Shown: positions 9,722-18,887 of the stretch, piece by piece
Layout of the letters: every line of letters starts with the position of its first letter
How positions within the stretch are numbered: the first letter of the stretch is position 1
IMG/VR virus record: IMGVR_UViG_2648501802_000002
Direction: 5' to 3' (one strand)
DNA length: 64,000 bases
From: a virus
Taxonomy: Duplodnaviria; Heunggongvirae; Uroviricota; Caudoviricetes
Notes under the pieces: model-generated
Databases searched by the model: none
Told to the model about the DNA's origin: nothing
The model's input: the letters and a program-made list of their open reading frames with translations, nothing else
Translations under genes and position numbers: made by a program

Positions 9722-11287
9722 TCAACCCGACAATTTCGCTATAGGACCGCGACCAGGATTACCAAAGCGGTCAATCTCTGCCTGCAAACGGGATACCAGA
9801 GAAAGGCGCTGCTGTTCGATTTGTTCAGCACTATGCCCGGCGGCCTTCATATCCTGATATTCAATTAACATCCGGCCAATCATCGCCCCGCGATACAAGC
9901 GTTCACGGTATTTTTCAGGCTGGCTGTTAATCCAGTCCACCAGCTGCACCATATCGTCGCTGATTGATGTGGTGTACTTATCGCGGACATTTGCCATCTG
10001 GGTAAATGTCATGCCGAGACGGCCTTCTGTTGTAGTCAGGTTACGCTGAAGAGCCTCCCAGCTATCCGCGCCATAACTGGCAGCATCGATCTTAAGTTCC
10101 TTCCCGGCATCAGCTTCAATCCAGCGACCACCAGCATATTTTTGCCATACGCCATTAATCAGGCGCATTTCCCCTTCACCAACAACGTCTGCGGTCGGTG
10201 ACGGTTCAGCCATATCGAGCAAAGACCAGTCGATACGGCTTTCGAAACGATGAATCAGCTTCGCTTTAAGAGCCTGGTTATCAATCTGACCGTCGGCACG
10301 AACCTCAATACGCCCCTGGAAGCCCTTTTCCTGGGTGCCATGAACAAACCGGCGGCCATCCTTTTCAAACCACTTGCCAGAAATAAACGTTGGCCAAAGC
10401 ACATTTGCCGATTCAAGAGTGCTTTCATCCACCAGGGGGATTTTCTCAGCCATCTCTGCCGGATGTTTGCGCATCAGCACCACATCAACGACTGTACTGG
10501 TCCCGTTTGCGTCAAAAGTACCGGTAGGCAAGCGGTGAGCGCCAAGAAATTCAGCTTTACGGGATAAGCGCAGGCGTAACCGCTTCATGTTTGAACCTGA
10601 AACAATGGACGGCGGCACAATCACGCACATGAATCCGCCTGGCTTTATCTTGTCCAGCATGCGGAGCATGAAGTAAGAACCCATGTCCGTTTCTTCTGCG
10701 TAAGGCTTATCGATGTTGCGTGTGTTATCACGACCGCCGAACGGAACGTTACCCACAACATGGTCGAATGAATCGTTAGGCGTGCTTATAGCCAGCTGTT
10801 CGAACGGGGAAATCTGTACGCTGTCTTCCGGGTGTAACAACTGGTTTATACGACCGGAAACACTGCTGATCTCAGTCGCGGTCATCACCGTACCAACCGG
10901 TTTTGTCTCATTAAAAACGCCGGTTCCCGCCGATGGTTCCAGAGTGTTACCTACGTCCGCGCCGTAGAGCTTCATGATCTCCCAGACACCTTCAGCGATC
11001 GGCTTTGGTGTGTAATATTCGGAGACGGACCCGCCAATGCCGCCTTCACCGGTGTACCCAGCCAGGATCTGGCGCTGTTCATCTGTCAGTGTCGCGCCGT
11101 CCACCAGCGAATTAAGCAAATCTATCGCCTTCTGATTCGCCTCCCGGCGCAGTCGGTCATAGCTTTTGCCTTCCACCTTTTCCACGCCGTATTTAATCGG
11201 CGCTCGGTGAGATGTTATTGCCCTAATGTATTTCAATATTTCGCTGACACTTGAACAGCAAAACACCCCCATAAATAGCTTGTTCAT
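9722..11287 (-). CDS. darB: DarB-like protein, N-terminal piece: N6-adenine DNA methyltransferase domain
   Basis: 521-aa ORF with amino-MTase motifs (YYTPKPIAEGVWEIM; VVGNVPFGG); reading frame continues into the next piece after a 1-nt shift near 9722-9738. Confidence 0.6.
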   Translation of the reverse strand: MNKLFMGVFCCSSVSEILKYIRAITSHRAPIKYGVEKVEGKSYDRLRREANQKAIDLLNSLVDGATLTDEQRQILAGYTGEGGIGGSVSEYYTPKPIAEGVWEIMKLYGADVGNTLEPSAGTGVFNETKPVGTVMTATEISSVSGRINQLLHPEDSVQISPFEQLAISTPNDSFDHVVGNVPFGGRDNTRNIDKPYAEETDMGSYFMLRMLDKIKPGGFMCVIVPPSIVSGSNMKRLRLRLSRKAEFLGAHRLPTGTFDANGTSTVVDVVLMRKHPAEMAEKIPLVDESTLESANVLWPTFISGKWFEKDGRRFVHGTQEKGFQGRIEVRADGQIDNQALKAKLIHRFESRIDWSLLDMAEPSPTADVVGEGEMRLINGVWQKYAGGRWIEADAGKELKIDAASYGADSWEALQRNLTTTEGRLGMTFTQMANVRDKYTTSISDDMVQLVDWINSQPEKYRERLYRGAMIGRMLIEYQDMKAAGHSAEQIEQQRLSLVSRLQAEIDRFGNPGRGPIAKLSG

Positions 11288-11353
11288 TGGTAATCCTTAA
11301 CAAGTGACTAGTGTTAAATTCCGTTCAAACACGATGCGAATTATTCTAATTAA

Positions 11354-13084
<1,731 letters not shown>

Positions 13085-14340
13085 ACGGCAAACATTCCCA
13101 ATTCACAGAGTCCGACCTAAACCACATGAAGCGGCTTAGGAATTACAGACTCTCCAAGGGCTAACACTGCCAGCCCGGCAGCTTTTATATTACGGGCCGC
13201 GTTAATATCACGATCATGCTCTGCGCCACATTCCGGGCAGTGCCATTTACGAATATTAAGAGGCATTTTTTGCATGGTGAAGCCGCAACTGCTGCAACGT
13301 TTGGAAGAAGGGAAATACTGGTCGATAGCGACAATGCTACGTCCACCCCATTCTCCTTTGTACTGGAGTTGGCGTACAAGTTCGCTCCAGCCTGCGTCAG
13401 CTATTGCTTTAGACAGCTTCGGGTTACGGATCATGTTTTTCACTTTAAGGGATTCGACGCAAACAACTTGGTTTTCGTTAATCAGTTTGCGGGACAACTT
13501 ATGCAGGTTATCCATCCGACAATCGACTATTCTCGCGTGGAGGCGGGCAACCTTTAAACGTGCTTTGGCGCGGTTCTTTGAGCCTTTTTGTTTCTTGCTC
13601 AATCTGCGCTGTAACACTGCTAATCGCTTCGCGTATTTAGCGTTGTGTCGAGGATTGCCAGTTTTAAAACCGGTATCGGTGACGAACAAATCTTTTAAAC
13701 CAATATCAATGCCGACCGTGGAAACGGTGATCGGCAGTGATACAGGCTCAAACTCGCAGAGACAGGATACAAAATATCGTCCGGCAGCATCCCTGGTGAT
13801 AGTGACAGTGGATGGAGCAGACGGCAACGGACGGCTCCAGCGAACATCTAACGGCTCTTTGCTCTTTGCCATGTACAGCTTGCCGTCACGGTATTTAAAT
13901 GCGCTGGCAGTTAGTTCTGCGGCCTGTTTATGCCGCTTGCTCTTAAAAACTGGGTATGCAGCACGCCCGGCGAAAAAGTTAGCAAAAGCCGTTTGTTGGT
14001 GGCGCAGAGACTGCTGGAGGGGGACGCAGGAAACGTCATTCAGCCAAGCGAATTCTGGTTCTTTTTTCAGTGCCGTTAATTTGGCGCTGGCTTGTGCATA
14101 GCCGACCCTCTCATGGCGTGCGTAGTACGCATCGGTGCGCCAGCGAAGGAGGCTGTTATAGACAAAACGCACACACCCAAAAGTCCGGGCTAATAGCTCG
14201 GTTTGTTCGGGAGTTGGATAGAATCGATATTTATAGGCACGCTTCATGTTCTATATAATACATTGAAACTAATGAGTATATAAATGAATACACGGACGAA
14301 AATGTTATCAAAGCCAATATACCAACAGACATTAGGTAAG
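13085..14340 (-). mobile_element. IS200/IS605-family insertion sequence (tnpB-only, IS1341-like); ends approximate
   Basis: Single TnpB ORF without tnpA, inserted between the prt-like and pro-like genes; element boundaries not mapped, taken as the flanking intergenic space. Confidence 0.4.
13117..14247 (-). CDS. tnpB: TnpB (IS200/IS605 OrfB) RuvC-like RNA-guided endonuclease
   Basis: 376-aa ORF; N-terminus MKRAYKYRFYPTPEQ typical of OrfB; C-terminal zinc finger CSSCGF...CPECGAEHDRDINAARNI. Confidence 0.8.
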   Translation of the reverse strand: MKRAYKYRFYPTPEQTELLARTFGCVRFVYNSLLRWRTDAYYARHERVGYAQASAKLTALKKEPEFAWLNDVSCVPLQQSLRHQQTAFANFFAGRAAYPVFKSKRHKQAAELTASAFKYRDGKLYMAKSKEPLDVRWSRPLPSAPSTVTITRDAAGRYFVSCLCEFEPVSLPITVSTVGIDIGLKDLFVTDTGFKTGNPRHNAKYAKRLAVLQRRLSKKQKGSKNRAKARLKVARLHARIVDCRMDNLHKLSRKLINENQVVCVESLKVKNMIRNPKLSKAIADAGWSELVRQLQYKGEWGGRSIVAIDQYFPSSKRCSSCGFTMQKMPLNIRKWHCPECGAEHDRDINAARNIKAAGLAVLALGESVIPKPLHVV

Positions 14341-14359
14341 GTAGCTGGAGGGCAATATA

Positions 14360-15379
14360 ATGACTGATGTTTTGAAAACGGTCACTGACCGCTTTTGTCT
14401 CTATAGCAATGCTCGAAAAGGTCGCCAGAACGGGCGACAGTATGTATTAAGCGCGGTTAAGACCATGCTTGAAAGCAAGGAAACTCAGGAAGGTTTACGC
14501 CTTGGAGAGCTTTTCGGCTATTACGGTCACGGTCGCCGACAGCTGACCGGCAAACTGGAAGTACCAGAAACCAGCGTAATCATGGTGGAAGGTCGCCCGG
14601 TCGTAATCGACAATGTTCCAGCGTGCCGCACAGTGGCTATATCCGTTGACGACAACGGCATCGTTACCCATACACAGGAAATTCTTAACACAGAGCCGGG
14701 TAAAATTGTCGCCGCGATGATCGAAAGCCGAGCTGGTGGCTGGAGCTGGGCCACTGGCGGGCGTGAGTCCGGGAAAATCGCTGTAACCACCAGCTTCCAT
14801 GGTGTGGATTATGTGACAACGCCGAACTATATCAGTCTGGATCATCCTGCCAGCGCCGGAATGTTTGAAAGCGCGGATTCTAAATCTTTACTGGCAGAGT
14901 CCCTGGCGGCGCATGGGTACTCCGACGAGTCAGTGCAGGCCGTTATATCCCATTACGGCAAAATGGCTGAACTGGAAATGATGGTGGAGGCGACAGAGCG
15001 TACGGCAGAACTGGAAACTGCACTACTCGAAAGCCAGGGCCGCCACCTCGAAGCAATGGCCAAGATCGCAGATGCTGAAGCGCGAATCGCTTTGCTGGAG
15101 GAAACAGCGGGTATCCGCGACGATGTGCTGGCAGCAATGCAAGACGAACTGGATAACCTCCCGATCTTCGTCTCCGCCGCCCAAAAAGACGCATTCCGCC
15201 TCAAAGAACCTGGTGATGCAAAAATCGTTGCCACACTTTTCGAATCTCTGATCAAAGTTGGCGCACGCAACTTGCCTGTCACCAAGAAAATTAAGGAGGT
15301 TCCGCAAGCGGCTAACGTCCAGGCACCGCGTGAGACAAGCATCATCACGTTTAATAATTCAATCAATCCGTTTAAATAA
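14360..15379 (+). CDS. pro: Head-processing protease/scaffold-like protein (pro-like by position)
   Basis: 339-aa ORF; globular N-terminal half followed by helical acidic C-terminal half; position after prt as in P1. Confidence 0.35.
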   Translation: MTDVLKTVTDRFCLYSNARKGRQNGRQYVLSAVKTMLESKETQEGLRLGELFGYYGHGRRQLTGKLEVPETSVIMVEGRPVVIDNVPACRTVAISVDDNGIVTHTQEILNTEPGKIVAAMIESRAGGWSWATGGRESGKIAVTTSFHGVDYVTTPNYISLDHPASAGMFESADSKSLLAESLAAHGYSDESVQAVISHYGKMAELEMMVEATERTAELETALLESQGRHLEAMAKIADAEARIALLEETAGIRDDVLAAMQDELDNLPIFVSAAQKDAFRLKEPGDAKIVATLFESLIKVGARNLPVTKKIKEVPQAANVQAPRETSIITFNNSINPFK

Positions 15380-15392
15380 CCACCAAAAATAA

Positions 15393-15417
15393 CCCCGGCA
15401 GCTGCCGGGGTTCTCGT
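15393..15417 (+). terminator. Candidate intrinsic terminator after pro-like gene
   Basis: Perfect palindrome CCCCGGCAGCTGCCGGGG followed by TTCTCGTT. Confidence 0.4.
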
Positions 15418-15423
15418 TAACTA

Positions 15424-15678
15424 TTATCGCCTTCGTGCCATATATTTGCGCACCGCGCGGCGTGGACAATCTGAAGCGGTTTCTTTCTGCTGCATCAATC
15501 TCGCAGCCATGCTCAAAAATGTCAGGCACAGCCGAAGCCCGGCATACAATAGCGGTTCCAGTGGCCACGTCTCATTGAGCACATATACCGCCATGAAAAT
15601 CGAGTCAAAAACTATCGCCGCCAGCGATAACTTCATTGTCGAAAGTCGGCGGAGCTGCCGGAGTTTATTCATTGACAA
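15424..15678 (-). CDS. Small hydrophobic protein (possible membrane protein) downstream of lyz
   Basis: 84-aa ORF with hydrophobic stretch LSLAAIVFDSIFMAVYVL; overlaps lyz stop; coding status uncertain. Confidence 0.25.
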   Translation of the reverse strand: MSMNKLRQLRRLSTMKLSLAAIVFDSIFMAVYVLNETWPLEPLLYAGLRLCLTFLSMAARLMQQKETASDCPRRAVRKYMARRR

Positions 15679-16222
15679 GCCCCGTCAGGCAAAGCTGGCG
15701 TTCTTTTTCACGGCGAATCTTTAAACCTCGCAGGGGCACGCCGTTACTGTTCACGAAATCAGGGAGATGGTTACACATATTCACCCATTCCCCTTTCTGC
15801 GCCCACTTGTGGATGGACGTTTCTACTCGCATGCCTCGCGCTTTGCTGTAGTAGGTCCGTAAGCTATTGCATCCCATATTGAATGCCGCGCTTGTCATTG
15901 CACTGAAGGCATTATCGGGCATGTCTTTGCCCCGGAAGTGCTGATTAATACAGCGTTCAGCGATCAGGATATTCTTTTCCCAATCAGCGGCGATTTGCTG
16001 GTCGGTTTTTCGCACACCCGGCGTTACCCCGTGTGTATTACCGATCCCGTCAGTCCATACCCCCGCCGGGCACATGTATGGATCACGTCGGCAACCTTCA
16101 GCGTTACCAATCTGCTCAAGCCCCGCCTGGTTGGTTCGCACATTGCCATTACCCATCACGATGGTAATCATCACCGCGATAGCGCAAATTGCACCGCCTC
16201 CTGCGGCTGTTTTTCCCTTCAT
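15665..16222 (-). CDS. lyz: P1 Lyz-type SAR endolysin (glycoside hydrolase family 24 lysozyme)
   Basis: 185-aa product from internal ATG: MKGKTAAGGGAICAIAVMITIVMGNGNVRT (signal-arrest-release domain) then ...NAEGCRRDPYMCPAGVWTDGIGNTHGV; matches my memory of P1 Lyz including the three regulatory cysteines. Confidence 0.8.
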   Translation of the reverse strand: MKGKTAAGGGAICAIAVMITIVMGNGNVRTNQAGLEQIGNAEGCRRDPYMCPAGVWTDGIGNTHGVTPGVRKTDQQIAADWEKNILIAERCINQHFRGKDMPDNAFSAMTSAAFNMGCNSLRTYYSKARGMRVETSIHKWAQKGEWVNMCNHLPDFVNSNGVPLRGLKIRREKERQLCLTGLVNE

Positions 16223-16355
16223 AAAGACCTCATAAGCGAATTTTTTACGCTCCAGGACAAACACCCATTCACAGCCAATACCGACTGACTCGATCCCTTT
16301 AGAAGGCACAGGATAATGCAAATCACTTGTTAGCTACGTTTCAAAGATATACATT

Positions 16356-16372
16356 ATTGCTCTAATTAATTT
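16356..16372 (+). promoter_or_regulatory. P1 C1 repressor operator-like 17-mer upstream of ssb
   Basis: ATTGCTCTAATTAATTT, 16/17 match to the C1 operator consensus ATTGCTCTAATAAATTT as I recall it. Confidence 0.35.
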
Positions 16373-16391
16373 ATTTTATTAGGTAAGATAA

Positions 16392-16880
16392 GTGGCACAA
16401 CGCGGTGTAAACAAAGTCATCCTGATTGGTACCCTGGGGCAAGACCCGGAGATCAGGTATATACCAAATGGCGGAGCGGTCGGAAGACTCAGCATCGCAA
16501 CGAATGAATCATGGCGCGACAAGCAAACTGGCCAACAGAAAGAGCAAACAGAATGGCATAAAGTCGTTTTGTTCGGAAAACTTGCTGAAATTGCGAGTGA
16601 ATATTTACGAAAAGGTTCTCAGGTCTACATCGAAGGGAAACTTAAAACCCGTAAGTGGACAGATGACGCCGGTGTAGAACGTTACACGACGGAAATTATC
16701 GTCAGCCAGGGCGGCACCATGCAAATGATCGGCGCTCGCCGTGACGATTCACAGTCCTCAAATGGCTGGAGGCAATCAAACCAACCTCAAAACCACCAGC
16801 AATACAGCGGTGGCGGTAAACCTCAGAGCAACGCCAATAACGAACCTCCAATGGACTTTGACGACGATATTCCGTTTTGA
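16392..16880 (+). CDS. ssb: Single-stranded DNA-binding protein
   Basis: 162-aa ORF; OB-fold N-terminus ([18 protein letters not shown]...[30 protein letters not shown]), Gly/Gln-rich linker, acidic tail DFDDDIPF. Confidence 0.85.
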   Translation: MAQRGVNKVILIGTLGQDPEIRYIPNGGAVGRLSIATNESWRDKQTGQQKEQTEWHKVVLFGKLAEIASEYLRKGSQVYIEGKLKTRKWTDDAGVERYTTEIIVSQGGTMQMIGARRDDSQSSNGWRQSNQPQNHQQYSGGGKPQSNANNEPPMDFDDDIPF

Positions 16881-17077
16881 ATGTGTAAAAAACGACTGAA
16901 AGAAAAGCGGTGGTCCAAACGCCAACAAAAGCACGAACTCGCTAAAAAACGCCAAAGTTGGCAATGGCACGCGCTTTTCACGAAAAGAACACCCCGAGAT
17001 ATTGCTTTCGCTGGTGGGAAAACATTCCTGACCCACCTGAAGGCGCAATACATCAGGTTTTAAGCAGAGGAAAGACT

Positions 17078-17755
17078 ATGAATAACATGACAACGAAAGA
17101 GCTTTTGACGGCACTTCCAAAATACAAAAGCCATAAAACAGTTCGTGCCTCAAAAATCAAAGATATCGAAATTATCGCCCTAATGGATGTGGTCCTTCTT
17201 TGCAACATCGAAGTCGTTGAGCCAGAAGGGGTAAAAGTCCATGTTGATAAAATGTTTTTGCAAAAACACCGACCAGAAATTGGCGGATATCTGGTCGCTT
17301 ACGAGGACGGATCTCTGTCCTATTCACCAGAAAAAACATTTGAAGAAGGCTTTAGTCGGACTAACGACTTCTTCGAAAATGGGGTATCGCTCAGCATTGA
17401 AGGTCACAACGGGGTGACATTCATTACAGCCAAGGACGTAACTATTTCTGCTGGCGGTATCGCTACTCTACAAGAAGAAATCGACCTTGAAGCAGCCGAC
17501 TTTTCTGACGCGCTGATGTGGCTGAAGGATGGCAAGAAAGTTGCTCGACGCGGGTGGAACGGCGAAAACCAATTCTGCTGGCTGGTTCCTGAAGGACAGT
17601 ACCCGGCACGAATGGAAGCCATTAAGGGATATTTCCCCGGCGACCTCGTTCCGTATGGTGCTTATTTCGCCTTAAAAAATGCACAAGGTGTAGTTGTTCC
17701 GTGGGTTCCTTCTGTAGGCGACTTACTGGCATGTGACTGGTTTGTAGTGGAGTGA
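17078..17755 (+). CDS. Two-domain phage protein with C-terminal DUF2829-like (Tad2-like) domain
   Basis: Start at ATG 17078 with AGAGGAAAG ribosome-binding site; C-terminal segment FSDALMWLKDGKKVARRGWNG...VVVPWVPSVGDLLACDWFVV fits the DUF2829 pattern as I remember it. Confidence 0.5.
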   Translation: MNNMTTKELLTALPKYKSHKTVRASKIKDIEIIALMDVVLLCNIEVVEPEGVKVHVDKMFLQKHRPEIGGYLVAYEDGSLSYSPEKTFEEGFSRTNDFFENGVSLSIEGHNGVTFITAKDVTISAGGIATLQEEIDLEAADFSDALMWLKDGKKVARRGWNGENQFCWLVPEGQYPARMEAIKGYFPGDLVPYGAYFALKNAQGVVVPWVPSVGDLLACDWFVVE

Positions 17756-17761
17756 TTTAAC

Positions 17762-18550
17762 GTGGAAAATACTAAAGCAATTCAATACCGCCTGCGTAAT
17801 GGCCAGAGTGTCGAAGTGACCATCAATAATGATGGTGTACCTGGCGAAAAGGTTTCTATCTCTGATCTGGCTATCGAAAAAACCATCATGTGCCACCTTG
17901 GCTTTACTGAAGAAGTGAGCAAAAAGCATGGTGTAGCTATCTGGCGAACAATGGATACTGGCATGCGCAGATTCATTACCGCTCGTACCCCAGGTATGAC
18001 CATGATGGACCTCATGCAGATTGCGCCGCTGTTTGAGTGTGAACCTTTGGATGTATTCAGCAATCCAGCTATCTGCCAGCAGTTATATGGTGAGATGAAA
18101 CTCGCGGTTACCCCCATTGTGCTGCATGAAGGATCGCTTGCTGGCGTATGGAAAGTAGAGCGAATTTCAAGCTATATGCCCTTCCACATCCATGTCAACG
18201 GCGTAATCGCAGGTGAAAATCAACCTGTTTCAGTTACAAAGTCAGACCTCAAGCGCGCAATTCTTGAAGCAAGTTGTCGAGTTATCGGCCTGGGCAAACA
18301 GTCTTATGTTTTCTTCCCGGCTGGCCCTGAAGGCCCGGCAGAAATTCTGATTATGGATGCCGATCTGCTCTGGCAAATACAGTTTCTGATTGGCAAAAGC
18401 ATCATCCGCGCTGAAGAACTCGATCAGTACATTACCTGCACGATGACGGATGAAGTCAAAAGTGTGGCTATAGCCAATGCCCGGAACCTATGTCGTGCTG
18501 CATTAACAGAACTGCAAGAAAACACCACGGAAGAAGTGGAAAGCGATTAA
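17762..18550 (+). CDS. Hypothetical protein (cargo, co-oriented with DUF2829 gene)
   Basis: 262-aa ORF starting 7 nt after the previous stop; no recognisable motif. Confidence 0.4.
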   Translation: MENTKAIQYRLRNGQSVEVTINNDGVPGEKVSISDLAIEKTIMCHLGFTEEVSKKHGVAIWRTMDTGMRRFITARTPGMTMMDLMQIAPLFECEPLDVFSNPAICQQLYGEMKLAVTPIVLHEGSLAGVWKVERISSYMPFHIHVNGVIAGENQPVSVTKSDLKRAILEASCRVIGLGKQSYVFFPAGPEGPAEILIMDADLLWQIQFLIGKSIIRAEELDQYITCTMTDEVKSVAIANARNLCRAALTELQENTTEEVESD

Positions 18551-18552
18551 AA

Positions 18553-18580
18553 AAATCCCGCCGATTGGCGGGATTTCTTC
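18553..18580. terminator. Candidate bidirectional intrinsic terminator
   Basis: AAATCCCGCC-GATT-GGCGGGATTT hairpin flanked by A-run and T-rich sequence, between convergent ORFs. Confidence 0.45.
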
Positions 18581-18887
18581 AATATACGATCTGGTCTACA
18601 TGATCACCAAAATCATCGTCGTCGTCCTCATCGCCACCATCTACTGCTGGCCAATCAACAAACCAGCCAGCGTAAAGATGCAGCGTTCGGAGAACATCAC
18701 TTGCGGGAGCATCAAGGGTGTTAACGAATCCCATATAGCTATTGGGATTTGCTCCAGCTATGGCTTCAGCGATCATGTCCTCGGTAATGTCACCGGAGAT
18801 AATGCTTAAACGCCCGGAAACTTCTTCATTATCATCAAATTCGATAATGGCATCTCCGCCTAATGGCGCTGCGATTTTAATCTGCAT
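18579..18887 (-). CDS. Small acidic hypothetical protein
   Basis: 102-aa ORF, strongly acidic C-terminal region (DGGDEDDDDDFGD); last gene downstream of ddrB-like. Confidence 0.35.
   Translation of the reverse strand: MQIKIAAPLGGDAIIEFDDNEEVSGRLSIISGDITEDMIAEAIAGANPNSYMGFVNTLDAPASDVLRTLHLYAGWFVDWPAVDGGDEDDDDDFGDHVDQIVY

Noticed and set aside
14943-15366. Minus-strand ORFs (83, 94, 137 aa) overlapping the pro-like gene
   Set aside because: Antisense within a longer plus-strand ORF; repetitive Ser/Ala/Arg composition.
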